Shown here in pieces: positions 19,357-28,800 of a stretch of DNA of 64,000 nucleotides (position 1 is the stretch's first letter; every line of letters starts with the position of its first letter). Source of the stretch: Actinomycetota bacterium (lineage in GTDB: Bacteria > Actinomycetota > Thermoleophilia > Gaiellales > Gaiellaceae); contig JBKPDB010000043.1 in NCBI GenBank assembly GCA_046727655.1, positions 111 through 64,110 of the forward strand, written 5' to 3'. The position numbers were made by a program, and so were the translations under genes. The notes under the pieces are model-generated. The model was not told where the DNA came from. It did not search any database and saw only the letters and a program-made list of their open reading frames with translations.

Positions 19357-20739
19357 TTAGTTGTCGCGCGCTGGGAGAACGAGCTCGAAACGGCTGCCGC
19401 CGTCGGGCGGCGAGTCGAGCTTGATGCGGCCGCCGAGCGCAACGGCGAGCTCCCTGGCGATCGCGAGGCCGAGCCCGGTTCCCGAATCGTCCCGCGACCA
19501 GAACGGGCGGAAGATGCGCTCTTGCTCCTCGCGCGGAACGCCGGGCCCCGTGTCGCCGACAGCGACGGACACGATCCCGTTCGGAGCGGCCAGGTCCAGC
19601 TCGACACGTCCGCCGTCGGGCGTCCAGCGGAACGCGTTCGAGAGCAGGTTCGTGATGATCTGGAGCACGCGGTCGCCGTCGGTGACGATCGTGGGGCTGG
19701 CTTCGAAGTTCTTGTCGTACTCGATGCGGCGGCGGCGCGCTTCCTCCCCGAACGCCGCGTAGGCCTGGTCGCAGAGCCGGCCCATGTCGACCTCCTCCTG
19801 CAGGACCGTGAAGCGGTGCGCCTCGAGCTTGGCGAGGTCGAGCACATCGCCGACGAGACGCTCCAGCCTTGCGCTTTCACTCGCGATCATCTCGAGCGAC
19901 GCCGCGCGAACGTTCGGGTCTTCGGCCACGCCTTCTCGCAGAGCATCGACGTGTCCACGGATCGCGGTCAGCGGCGTGCGCAGCTCGTGCGAGACGGTCA
20001 TGAGGAAGTTGCGCTCCTGCTGCTCCGCCAGAGAGAGCCGGGCAGCCATCTCGGAGAAGCGGTCGGCAAGGTGCCCGATCTCGCCGCCCCGGACCTCGGG
20101 CACTTCGATGTCGTAGTTGCCGCGCGCGATCTTGTCGGTCGCCGCGGAGAGCGCGAGGACGGGTCGGCTGATTCGGCGGGACAAGTACCAGGCGAGCAAG
20201 CCGGCCACGAGGATGCCGCCGACGAAGGCGAGGGCGAGGCGCTTCACGAGCGGAGTGAGCCTGCTCGTGATCTCGGTCTTGGGTGTGGCGACGATGAGCG
20301 CGCCGAACGGGGAGGCCTTCGGCGCCAGCCGCAGCGGCCGCTGCACGGCAAGGTACGTGCGCTTGAATCCGGGAGGCCTGAACTCGAACGTGCGGCCGCG
20401 CTCGGAGCGCCAGTCGACGGTCTTCTGCGGCAACGACCGGAGGCCCGTCACCTGTCCCGGAAACGCGTCGCCGCCGACGTAGAAGATCCGGTCGCCGGTC
20501 GCCCGCTCGAGCTGCGGCGGCGCGAACCGCAGCGTGCGGACGCCGGTGTCGTTCGCGGCGATCGCCTGACGCTCGTACAGCTGTGTGAGGCCGTCCGCCT
20601 CGCGTCGCAGGTCTTTCAGGAGCTGCTGGCGCGCGTAGTTCTGGAAGAGGGCAAGCGCGATTGCAGTTGCGATCAGACCGCTGACGACGATGCCGACCAG
20701 GAACAGAGCCGGCAGCCGAAAGCGCAGCGATCTGAGCAT
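19357..20739 (-). CDS. Sensor histidine kinase (2 TM, HAMP, HisKA, HATPase_c)
   Basis: H-box FLMTVSHELRTPLTAIRG, N-box LLSNAFRWTP, G-boxes DTGPGVP and GTGLGLAIAREL. Confidence 0.88.
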   Translation of the reverse strand: MLRSLRFRLPALFLVGIVVSGLIATAIALALFQNYARQQLLKDLRREADGLTQLYERQAIAANDTGVRTLRFAPPQLERATGDRIFYVGGDAFPGQVTGLRSLPQKTVDWRSERGRTFEFRPPGFKRTYLAVQRPLRLAPKASPFGALIVATPKTEITSRLTPLVKRLALAFVGGILVAGLLAWYLSRRISRPVLALSAATDKIARGNYDIEVPEVRGGEIGHLADRFSEMAARLSLAEQQERNFLMTVSHELRTPLTAIRGHVDALREGVAEDPNVRAASLEMIASESARLERLVGDVLDLAKLEAHRFTVLQEEVDMGRLCDQAYAAFGEEARRRRIEYDKNFEASPTIVTDGDRVLQIITNLLSNAFRWTPDGGRVELDLAAPNGIVSVAVGDTGPGVPREEQERIFRPFWSRDDSGTGLGLAIARELAVALGGRIKLDSPPDGGSRFELVLPARDN

Positions 20740-20758
20740 CGCGTGTTACAAGGTACCG

Positions 20759-21472
20759 CTAGCTCGCTACTGCATCCCTCGCCGGGCCTGCCGGGCCGAC
20801 CTTGTAGCCGACGCCCCACACCGTCACGATCGGCGACGCCTCGCCCAGCTTGCGACGCAGCTGGCGGACGTGGACGTCGACGGTGCGGGTGTCGCCCGCG
20901 AAGGTGTACCCCCATACGCGTTCCAGCAGCTGGTCCCGCGTGAGCACGAGGCCGCGGTGGTCGAGGAGCTCCCAGAGGAGGTCGAATTCTTTCGGCGCGA
21001 GCTGCACCTCCTCCTGGCCCACCTTCACCTCGCGGCGGCCCGCGTCGACGGTGAGGTCGCCGTGTTGGATGACCGCGCTCTCGGGGTCCTTGCGCTCCGG
21101 AGCGGCGCGCCGCAAGATCGACTTGACGCGCGCGACGAGCTCGCGTGGGTTGAACGGCTTCGTCATGTAGTCGTCTGCGCCGACCTCGAGACCGATGATC
21201 TTGTCGACGTCCTCGTCGCGGGCAGTGAGCATGAGGATCGGCACGTCGGACTTCTGCCGGATCCGCCGGCAGATCTCGATCCCGTCGATGTCCGGCAGCA
21301 TGAGGTCGAGCACGATCAGCGACGGCTGCGACTTCTGCACCGAGACGAGTGCCTCGGTTCCGTTCGTCGCCGTGCGGACCTCGTAGCCCGCGTTCTTGAG
21401 GTACAGCGCGACGAACGAGGCGATCGAGGCTTCGTCTTCGACGACGAGGACTGACTGGGCGTTGCTGCTCAT
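20759..21472 (-). CDS. OmpR/PhoB-family response regulator (canonical)
   Basis: VLVVEDE...LIVLDLMLPDIDG...MLTAR...DDYMTKPF plus the winged helix LAPKEFDLLWELL...RTVDVHVRQLRRKL...VWGVGYKV. Upstream of its kinase. Confidence 0.92.
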   Translation of the reverse strand: MSSNAQSVLVVEDEASIASFVALYLKNAGYEVRTATNGTEALVSVQKSQPSLIVLDLMLPDIDGIEICRRIRQKSDVPILMLTARDEDVDKIIGLEVGADDYMTKPFNPRELVARVKSILRRAAPERKDPESAVIQHGDLTVDAGRREVKVGQEEVQLAPKEFDLLWELLDHRGLVLTRDQLLERVWGYTFAGDTRTVDVHVRQLRRKLGEASPIVTVWGVGYKVGPAGPARDAVAS

Positions 21473-21485
21473 CGCGCGGTCCAGG

Positions 21486-21971
21486 CTACGGGCTCTGCGC
21501 GGTGAGCGGGAAGCTCAAAGGCAGAGTCGGGAACGGCACGTAGCTGCCGCCGTTCACTGAGTAGATGCCGTCGTCCTCGAGGTCGTCCAATCCGTTGAGC
21601 TTCACGGTGCCCTTGCCGACGAACGAGAGGTTGATGCCACGCGCCTGCAGGCGGATCGTGAAGGTGCCGCCGACGATCCGGAAGCGGACCCTGTTCCCGC
21701 GCCACGTCGTCGTGGCGGCGTCGCGTTCCTTGGGCGGATAGTCGTCGCCCATGACGATCGGGCCGGTGCCGTCGCCGTCGATCGGGTCGCTGATCGTGAC
21801 CGACCCCTTGGCGAAGCTGCCGATCGCCGCACCGCGCCCCGAGACCACGACGATGCCGCGCCCGTCGCGCACGGACAGTGTTCCGTCCGTCGAGCCGCGC
21901 TCGCGCGCGGCCGATGAGGCGGGCAGTACCAGCGCTGCGAGCAGCGCAAAGGTGAGGAGACGCCTCGTCAC
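21486..21971 (-). CDS. Hypothetical secreted protein
   Basis: GTG at 21971 gives a signal-peptide-like N-terminus (VTRRLLTFALLAALVLPASSAA) and a beta-rich remainder. The longer track ORF (to 22211) would cross the divergent promoter region. Confidence 0.45.
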   Translation of the reverse strand: MTRRLLTFALLAALVLPASSAARERGSTDGTLSVRDGRGIVVVSGRGAAIGSFAKGSVTISDPIDGDGTGPIVMGDDYPPKERDAATTTWRGNRVRFRIVGGTFTIRLQARGINLSFVGKGTVKLNGLDDLEDDGIYSVNGGSYVPFPTLPLSFPLTAQSP

Positions 21972-22046
21972 GGTGCAAGTATCGACCGTGCAATTGTGCC
22001 CTTGTTCATTGGAAGGTAAGGAAACTGTAAGCGGAGGCAGGAACCT

Positions 22047-23618
22047 GTGACGGCCGCGTTGCTTGCCGTGGCCGCACTCGTCACCGCGCCTGGACCGCAG
22101 CTGCACGATCTGCGCGTGACGAACGGGTCCTCTCCGTTCGCCGGCGACCGGACCTTGCTGGCGACTGTGAGCCCGAACGACGACGGCTTTCGTGATGTCG
22201 CCGTCGTCCACGTCACCTTGACGCGTCCCGCAGTGGTGCAGCTGACCGTGGTCGCGACGAACATGGTCAGCGCCGGGAAGGGCGGGACGACGGTCGTCTG
22301 GCGAACGTCACGCCGCCTCGAAGCGGGCAGGCGAACCCTTACGTGGCGGCCGGCGCCGACGACGCAGCCGCGGACGTACATCCTTCGCCTGCGTGTGGGG
22401 CGGCGCGTCTACGGCGGCTACGGCCCCGGCGGCCGGCAGGACGCGCCTGTCGTGCGGATCCAGGGAATCGACGCCGGGTTCACGAAGCGGAGCTACGCGC
22501 CCGGTGAGGCTGCCGTCGTCCGGCTCGCAACCGACGCGCGGTTGCTGCGGCTGCAGGTCTTCGCATACCAGTCGCCCGGCCGGCCGAGCGAGCAAGATGT
22601 GAAGACGAGTGGCCTCGCGAAGACCGACGCGATCCGCGTCGACTGGAGCGGCCATCGTGACCGGCCTGCGCTGCTTCGCGTCGTGCGTGCCGGCGACTGG
22701 CCGAGCGGTCTGTACTTCTTGCGCGTCACCGCGGCCGACGGCCGCGTCGGGTATGCGCCGTTCATCGTGCGGCCGCGCAGGCTCGGAACGCATCGCATCG
22801 CCGTCGTTTTGGCGACGCACACCTGGGCGGCCTACAACTTCGAGGACGCGGACGGCGACGGCTGGGGCGACTCGTGGTACATCACCGCGCGCCACCGCAG
22901 CGTCGACCTGCAGCGCCCGTTCCTCGACTTCGGGGTCCCGTTTCGTTTCCACGACTGGGACCTCGACTTCGTCGCATGGCTCAACCGGCACGGGTTCGGT
23001 GCGGACTTCCTCTCCGACGACGACCTCGACGCCGTCGCGAGCGGCGCGGAGCTCGCACAGCGGTACGACCTCGTCGTCTTTCCCGGACACGAGGAGTACG
23101 TGACGCAAGACGCCTACGACGTCATCGAGAGCTACCGGAATCTCGGCGGCGACCTCGCCTTCCTCGCGGCGAACAACGTGTACCGCCGGGTCGACCGGGT
23201 CGGTGGGTGGCTCGTGCGACAGGCAACCTGGCGCGCGCTCGGCCGGCCGGAGTCGAGCCTCGTCGGCGTCCAGTACGTCGCGTCGGATCACGGAGCGCGG
23301 CAGGCCGGCTACACCGTCGTCGGCACCGCGGCGGCGCCGTGGGCATTCGCCGGCACAGGTCTACAGGAGGGCGACCCCTTCGGGCGCTACGGGATCGAGA
23401 TCGACGCGAGAACGGCCGCTTCCCCGCCGGACACTCGCGTGCTGGCCCGGATTCCGGACCTGCTCGGCGCCGGGCGGTCGGCGGAGATGACGTACTACGA
23501 GAACGCCGCCGGCGCGCAGGTGTTCGCAGCGGGCGCGCTCAACTTCGGCGCGTCTCTCGGCCGCCCGGAGGTCGACCGTCTCCTCGCCAACGTCTGGGCA
23601 CGATTGAGCCGCCCTTAG
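22047..23618 (+). CDS. Secreted protein with N-terminal Ig-like domain and N,N-dimethylformamidase beta-subunit-like (GATase1-like) C-terminal domain
   Basis: 523 aa. Motifs RIAVVLATHTWAAYNFED....WGDSWY and YDLVVFPGHEEYVT..AYDVIESYRNLGGDLAFLAANNVYRRV resemble the DmfA2-like family (from memory). Confidence 0.55.
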   Translation: MTAALLAVAALVTAPGPQLHDLRVTNGSSPFAGDRTLLATVSPNDDGFRDVAVVHVTLTRPAVVQLTVVATNMVSAGKGGTTVVWRTSRRLEAGRRTLTWRPAPTTQPRTYILRLRVGRRVYGGYGPGGRQDAPVVRIQGIDAGFTKRSYAPGEAAVVRLATDARLLRLQVFAYQSPGRPSEQDVKTSGLAKTDAIRVDWSGHRDRPALLRVVRAGDWPSGLYFLRVTAADGRVGYAPFIVRPRRLGTHRIAVVLATHTWAAYNFEDADGDGWGDSWYITARHRSVDLQRPFLDFGVPFRFHDWDLDFVAWLNRHGFGADFLSDDDLDAVASGAELAQRYDLVVFPGHEEYVTQDAYDVIESYRNLGGDLAFLAANNVYRRVDRVGGWLVRQATWRALGRPESSLVGVQYVASDHGARQAGYTVVGTAAAPWAFAGTGLQEGDPFGRYGIEIDARTAASPPDTRVLARIPDLLGAGRSAEMTYYENAAGAQVFAAGALNFGASLGRPEVDRLLANVWARLSRP

Positions 23619-23632
23619 TCCTTCCCGGCCGT

Positions 23633-23653
23633 GTCCGGTGCCAGGCACCTGAC
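23633..23653. repeat. REP-like palindrome copy b: GTCCGGTGCCAGGCACCTGAC
   Basis: Intergenic, 15 nt 3' of the stop at 23618. Shares the 3' flank GGTCCGC.CGAG with copy c. Confidence 0.75.
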
Positions 23654-23705
23654 AGGTCCGCCCGAGAGGAGAAGGACCGTCCGACGCGCTGGCGAACATG
23701 CCCAC

Positions 23706-23963
23706 ATGACCGAAGCCGACCGCACCGAGAGGACGGCGCGCCTGCTCGCGGCCCGACTCGAGGACGTTGCACGCGCCGCGGCCGGCCTGCCGCACGGCCA
23801 AGCAGAGCGGCTCGTCGAGCTCGCCTCGATCGCGACGGTGCACGCCGTGGAGCTCGAGCTTCTGGGCGCGGAGAAGGCGGACGAGATCTGGCACGAGGCG
23901 CATGTGCGCCATCCAGAGCTGCCGGACGTCCCGGTCGAGGTTCCCGTCAGGCTCGCGGCCTAG
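23706..23963 (+). CDS. Hypothetical small protein
   Basis: 85 aa from ATG 23706 (MTEADRTERTARLLAARLEDV...). The track start at 23631 lies inside the REP palindrome, so the internal ATG is preferred. No recognisable domain. Confidence 0.3.
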   Translation: MTEADRTERTARLLAARLEDVARAAAGLPHGQAERLVELASIATVHAVELELLGAEKADEIWHEAHVRHPELPDVPVEVPVRLAA

Positions 23964-24817
23964 CGCCCGTCGTACTCGTAGAAGCCGCGGCCGGTCTTCC
24001 GGCCGAGGTTTCCTGCCCCTTGCATCTGCAGCAACCGCTCCGGCGGCGCCATCCGGGGCTCGCCGAGCTTTCCCTGCAGGGCCTGGGAGGCGTGCACGTG
24101 CACGTCGATGCCGATCAGGTCGATCAGAGCGCACGGGCCGAGCGGCCAGCCGGCGCCGTTCGTCATGGCTTTGTCCATGTCCGACGGCTCGACGCGCGCT
24201 TCGTCCAGCACCCGCACGCAGTCGTTGAGCAGCGGGATGAGGATCCTGTTGACGATGAACCCGGGCGTGTCGTTGCAGCGCACCGGCTGCTTTCCGGCTC
24301 GCTCGGACCACTCGAAGGCGGCGTCGACCGCTGCGTCCGAGCTTCGCGGCGCGCGGACGATCTCCACGAGCGGCAGAACGGGCGCCGGGTTGAAGAAATG
24401 CATGCCGACGACGCGCTCGGGCCGTTCGGTCGCGTCGGCTATCTCCGCGACCGACAGCGCCGAGGTGTTCGTAGCGAGCACCGCGTCTGCCCGTGTGATC
24501 CGATCGAGCTCGGCGAAGACCTCACGTTTGAGGTCGAGCTCCTCGAGGACCGCTTCGATCACCAGGTCGCAATCCGCGAGCTCGGCCAACTCCGTCGTGA
24601 GCGTCAGCCGGGCGAGCGCGGCCTCGTAGTCGGCGTCGGTCATGCGCCCCTTCTCGACACCCCGCGACATGTAGCGGTCGACGGTCGCGCGGCCGCGCTC
24701 GCCCAGTTCCTCGTTCATCTCGCGCCCGATCGTGTCGAAGCCGGCCTGGACGCTGACCTGTGCGATGCCCGCACCCATGGTGCCGAGCCCGACAACGCCG
24801 ACCTTGCGAATTTCCAC
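23960..24817 (-). CDS. hbd: 3-hydroxybutyryl-CoA / 3-hydroxyacyl-CoA dehydrogenase
   Basis: GTG 24817: VEIRKVGVVGLGTMGAGIAQV (Rossmann)...ATNTSALSV...GMHFFNPAPV..LVEIV...GFIVNRIL...G.GWP.GP..L.DLIG.D. Confidence 0.88.
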   Translation of the reverse strand: MEIRKVGVVGLGTMGAGIAQVSVQAGFDTIGREMNEELGERGRATVDRYMSRGVEKGRMTDADYEAALARLTLTTELAELADCDLVIEAVLEELDLKREVFAELDRITRADAVLATNTSALSVAEIADATERPERVVGMHFFNPAPVLPLVEIVRAPRSSDAAVDAAFEWSERAGKQPVRCNDTPGFIVNRILIPLLNDCVRVLDEARVEPSDMDKAMTNGAGWPLGPCALIDLIGIDVHVHASQALQGKLGEPRMAPPERLLQMQGAGNLGRKTGRGFYEYDGR

Positions 24818-24828
24818 GGCGCGCGATC

Positions 24829-25500
24829 CTACGCGGGGGCGGCCGCCTGCGCGAGCAGCCAGCGAAACGGAACGTCGCCGTGGCCCGGCTCGTGCTGTGT
24901 CACGACCTCGTCCCGCACCGGTTCGAGGCCGGCGTCGCGCAGGAGCGACAGGTAGCGGTCGGACTCGAGGGACGCGAAGAACATCGGGACGCCGAGCCAG
25001 TCCGAGTCCACGTTCTCGCCCGCCTCGCCCGCCCCGACCGTCGCCAGGAACAGGCCGCCCGGGCGGAGCCACGAGCCGCACCGTGCGATCAGCTCCGGTT
25101 GCTCGTCGAGCGGGATGTGGCCGAAGAGGTAGAGCGCCACAACGGCGTCGATGGATGCAGGGGCAACGTCGAGCTCGACGGCGTCGCCGTGCACGAAGCT
25201 CGCCTCCGGCACGTGATGGCGCGCGAGCTCGATCTGCACTGCCGAGAGGTCGACGCCGGTCACGCGATGCCGCCGTGCCAGCTCGCGTGTTGCAGGCACG
25301 CCGCGGCCGCAGCCGAGGTCGAGGACGTCGGAGCCTTGTCGGAGCCTCGAGTCCAGGTCGCGCAGCCACTCGAGCGTCGGCGAGCGGACCGACCCCGCCC
25401 ATTCGGCGTAGCGCAAGGCAATCGCGTCGTACCCGCGCGCGACGATCTCCTTCGGATCGCGCGCCGTGGCGCGGCCTCCCGACTCCCCCACGCGCGGCAC
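24829..25500 (-). CDS. Class I SAM-dependent methyltransferase
   Basis: Motif I VLDLGCGRGVP, then RVTGVDLS. 223 aa. Confidence 0.75.
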   Translation of the reverse strand: MPRVGESGGRATARDPKEIVARGYDAIALRYAEWAGSVRSPTLEWLRDLDSRLRQGSDVLDLGCGRGVPATRELARRHRVTGVDLSAVQIELARHHVPEASFVHGDAVELDVAPASIDAVVALYLFGHIPLDEQPELIARCGSWLRPGGLFLATVGAGEAGENVDSDWLGVPMFFASLESDRYLSLLRDAGLEPVRDEVVTQHEPGHGDVPFRWLLAQAAAPA

Positions 25501-25533
25501 ACTAACGCCGCGCCTTTCCCGCTGTCGCAGTGC

Positions 25534-26691
25534 TTACAGGCGCTCGATGATGCCGGCGATCGCCTGGCCGAAGCCGATGCACATCGTCGCGATGCCGTAG
25601 CGCGCGTCGCGCCGGTCGAGCTCGTTGAGGAGCGTCGCGGTGATCCGCGCACCCGTGGCGCCGAGCGGATGGCCGAGGGAGATCCCGCCGCCGTTCGGGT
25701 TGATGTCGTCCCAGCGGTCCTCGAGCCCCGCATCCCGCGCAAACTGAAGGACGACCGACGCGAACGCCTCGTTCACCTCGATCACGGCCATGTCGTTCCA
25801 CGTCAGCCCCGCACGAGCGAGCGCGGCGGCACAGGCCTGCGGGTTCCCGTGGAGCATGCGGTGGGGATCCACGCCGGACAGTCCGAAGGAGACGAACCGG
25901 GCGCGCGGCTCGAGGCCGAGGCCCCCGGCGGCGCGTTCGCTGGCGACGAGCACCGCCGCCGCTCCGTCGCAGATCTGCGAGGAGTTTCCGGCGGTGACCT
26001 TCCCCTCCGGCAGGAACGCCGGCTGCAGGGCGGCGAGCGCTTCTGCCGAGGTGTCGCGCCGCGGCGTCTCGTCCACAGCCAGGACGACTCCGGTGTGCGG
26101 GTTCGTCAGGTCGATCGGCTGGATCTCGTCTTCGAAGCGGCCCTCGTCGATCGCCTCGACGGCCCGCCGGTGGGACTCGAGCGAGTACTCATCGAGCTCC
26201 TCACGTGAGAGGCGCCACTCGTCCGCGATCACCTCGGCGGAGATTCCCTGCGGCACGATCTGCCAGCGATCGAGGAGCTTGCTCGAGAGGTCGCCCCCGT
26301 TCGACCCCATCGGAACACGCGACATCGACTCGACTCCTGCGGAGACGACGAGATCGAGCTGGCCGGACCAGATCGCAGCCGCGGCGTTGAAGTTCGCCTG
26401 CATCGACGACCCGCACTGGCGATCGACCGTGGTGCCCGCGACCGTCTCGGGCCAACCAGCGACGAGCGGCACCATCCGGCCGATGTTCCACCCCTGCTCC
26501 CCGATCTGGGTGACGCAGCCGAGCTGCACGTCCTCGACCTCGGCGGGGTCGAGGTCATTGCGCTCGACCAGTCCGTTCACGACCTGGGCCGCGAGCTCGT
26601 CGGCGCGGATGGACGCGAGCGAGCCGTTCCGCTTGCCAATCGGCGAGCGGACCGCATCGACGATGAGCGCGTCGGACTCCCAGGACGACAT
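25534..26691 (-). CDS. Thiolase (acetyl-CoA C-acyltransferase family)
   Basis: 385 aa: active-site region VDRQCGSSMQA, NEAFASVVL, GGGISLGHPLGATGAR, MCIGFGQA. Confidence 0.9.
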   Translation of the reverse strand: MSSWESDALIVDAVRSPIGKRNGSLASIRADELAAQVVNGLVERNDLDPAEVEDVQLGCVTQIGEQGWNIGRMVPLVAGWPETVAGTTVDRQCGSSMQANFNAAAAIWSGQLDLVVSAGVESMSRVPMGSNGGDLSSKLLDRWQIVPQGISAEVIADEWRLSREELDEYSLESHRRAVEAIDEGRFEDEIQPIDLTNPHTGVVLAVDETPRRDTSAEALAALQPAFLPEGKVTAGNSSQICDGAAAVLVASERAAGGLGLEPRARFVSFGLSGVDPHRMLHGNPQACAAALARAGLTWNDMAVIEVNEAFASVVLQFARDAGLEDRWDDINPNGGGISLGHPLGATGARITATLLNELDRRDARYGIATMCIGFGQAIAGIIERL

Positions 26692-26710
26692 GCAGGTCTA
26701 GACTAGCCTC

Positions 26711-28132
26711 GTGGTCGCGACGATCGCCGAAAAACGCCTGCTCATCGACGGCGATTGGGTCGAGACCGGGGATTGGGTCGACGTCCGCTCGCCGTACTCC
26801 GGAGACGTCGTCGGTCGCGTCGCAAAGGCCGGCGCAGCCGAGACGCGAACCGCGATCGACGCGGCCGAGCGCGCGATGCGGGAGCCGCTGCCGGCGCACA
26901 AGCGCGCGGAGATCCTCGTGCGCGTCGCCGGCGCTCTCGGCCGCCGCCACGACGAGGTTGCGCGGCTCATCTCCGACGAGGCGGGCAAGCCGCTCAAGGC
27001 CGCCCGTGTCGAGGCCGCACGCGCGATGTCGACATACACCTTCGCCGCGGTCGAGGCGAGGAAGCTCGCGGGCGAGATGGTTCCGATGGACGGGGCCCAG
27101 GCCGGCGAGGGAAAGCTCGCGTTCACGTTGCGGCGTCCGATCGGCGTCGTCGGCGCGATCAGCCCGTTCAACTTCCCGCTCAATCTCGTGGCGCACAAGC
27201 TCGCACCTGCACTCGCCGCCGGTTGCGCGGTAGTGCTGAAACCCGCGAGCGCGACACCCCTCTCGGCGTTGCTGCTCGCCGAGCTCGAGGCGGAGGCCGG
27301 GCTGCCGGCCGGTTGGTTGAACGTCGTCGTCGGCTCGGCGTCCGAGATCGGCGACGTCCTCGTCGACGACGAGCGTGTGAAGGCGATCACGTTCACGGGC
27401 TCGGGACCGGTCGGCTGGAAGCTGCGGGAGCGCGCGGCGAAGAAGCGCGTCAACCTGGAGCTCGGGAACTCGACGCCGGTGATCATCGCCGAAGATGCGG
27501 ACGTGCCGGCGGCCGCGGCGAAGGTCGCGCAGAACGCCTTCTCCTTCGCCGGCCAGAGCTGCATCTCGGTACAGCGCGTCTACGTCGCGCGCGACGTCTA
27601 CGACGAGTTCGTCCAGGAGCTCGTCCCGAAGGTCGAGGCGCTGAAGCTCGGCGACCCGGCCGACGAGGACACGGACGTCGGCCCCCTGATCGACGAGGAC
27701 GCACGCCGGCGCATCCTCGAGTGGATCGAGGCGACGAGCGGCGAGGTGCTGACCGGAGGCGGGCTCGAGGGCGACCTGATCCGCCCGACGGTGATCGCGG
27801 GCCCCTCGCCCGACGACAAGGTGTCCTGCGAGGAGGCCTTCGGGCCGGTCTGCACCGTGACGGCGGTGGACTCCCTCGACGAGGCGATCCGGCTCTCGAA
27901 CGCCACCCGCTACGGCCTCCAGGCCGGAATCTTCACCGCGAGCCTCGACAACGCGCTGCGCGCCGCGCAGGAGCTCGAGTTCGGCGGGGTGACGGTGAAC
28001 GAGGCGCCGACCTTCCGCAGCGACCAGATGCCCTACGGCGGCGTCAAGGACTCCGGCAACACGCGCGAAGGGCCTAGGTACGCCGTGCGCGAGCTGACCG
28101 AGGAACGCGTCGTCATCCTCGAGCTGCCATAG
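26711..28132 (+). CDS. NAD(P)-dependent aldehyde dehydrogenase family protein
   Basis: 473 aa, GTG start: FNFPLNL..HK.APALAAG..VVLKP, ELGNSTPVII, catalytic Cys in FSFAGQSCISVQRVYV, EEAFGPV. Confidence 0.9.
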   Translation: MVATIAEKRLLIDGDWVETGDWVDVRSPYSGDVVGRVAKAGAAETRTAIDAAERAMREPLPAHKRAEILVRVAGALGRRHDEVARLISDEAGKPLKAARVEAARAMSTYTFAAVEARKLAGEMVPMDGAQAGEGKLAFTLRRPIGVVGAISPFNFPLNLVAHKLAPALAAGCAVVLKPASATPLSALLLAELEAEAGLPAGWLNVVVGSASEIGDVLVDDERVKAITFTGSGPVGWKLRERAAKKRVNLELGNSTPVIIAEDADVPAAAAKVAQNAFSFAGQSCISVQRVYVARDVYDEFVQELVPKVEALKLGDPADEDTDVGPLIDEDARRRILEWIEATSGEVLTGGGLEGDLIRPTVIAGPSPDDKVSCEEAFGPVCTVTAVDSLDEAIRLSNATRYGLQAGIFTASLDNALRAAQELEFGGVTVNEAPTFRSDQMPYGGVKDSGNTREGPRYAVRELTEERVVILELP

Positions 28133-28152
28133 TTTCTGGTGGTGCTCTTCCT

Positions 28153-28170
28153 CGGCGGCTTCGGCCGCCG
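28153..28170 (+). terminator. Hairpin CGGCGGC-TTCG-GCCGCCG 21 nt after the ALDH stop (no U-tract)
   Basis: Perfect 7-bp GC stem with a UUCG tetraloop, read directly. The lack of a T-run lowers confidence as an intrinsic terminator. Confidence 0.4.
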
Positions 28171-28224
28171 GACCGCTGGACGCAAGCCCTGACGAACCCT
28201 TAGCCGACGCCGGCCGCTGTTACA

Positions 28225-28800
28225 TTGACCCGCGTGGCGCGGCTGCTCCCACGTTTCCGCCGAGCGGGTGGATCAGCGGGCACCGCTGCGCCGCTCTCCG
28301 GGCCCGCGCGTCGATCGCTTCCGCACCCGAGCCAGCTACGCCGGGAGCGGAGAACGCTACTACGTGCCCGGGAAGAGCGGCTCCGTGATCTCGGCGGGCT
28401 GATGTTGGAGATGTTCCGCCGGGACCAGTTCCGACAGGACCTCCTGGTCGAGCGCTGCGAGGAGCTCGTTGCCGTGGACGAGCGGTTGCGCGAGCTCGAC
28501 ACCCTGCTGGCGGTCACCGTGTCGGCGCGGCGCGCGGCGCCCGCGGCGCGGTGCGAGTGCGGCGCCCCGCTCGTCTGGGGCTCGCACTTCTGTGCGAACT
28601 GCGGACGGCCGACGAGCGGGACGCGTCCCGTCGTGGCCTGCCAGCACTGCGGCACCGCGCTCGCCGCGGAGGCGAGGTTCTGCGCGGTATGCGGCCACGC
28701 CGTGACAGTCCAGCAGCAGTCCGAGGCTGCATCGGTCGAGCCCCCGCCCGAGTTTCTCGAGGCGCTCCCGGCTCCGGCGCTCGACCGCTGGGAGGAGTGA
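28225..28800 (+). CDS. Double zinc-ribbon domain protein
   Basis: Two CxxC...CxxC ribbons: CECGAPLVWGSHFCANCG and CQHCGTALAAEARFCAVCG. N-terminal coiled-coil segment. TTG start per the track; the true start is uncertain. Confidence 0.5.
   Translation: MTRVARLLPRFRRAGGSAGTAAPLSGPARRSLPHPSQLRRERRTLLRAREERLRDLGGLMLEMFRRDQFRQDLLVERCEELVAVDERLRELDTLLAVTVSARRAAPAARCECGAPLVWGSHFCANCGRPTSGTRPVVACQHCGTALAAEARFCAVCGHAVTVQQQSEAASVEPPPEFLEALPAPALDRWEE

Noticed and set aside
21972-22046. Operator in the divergent 75-nt region between 21971(-) and 22047(+) (GTGCAA…GTGCAATTGTGC)
   Set aside because: It has two GTGCAA boxes 15 nt apart and a partial palindrome. The similarity is short and I have no family to tie it to, which is too weak to call.
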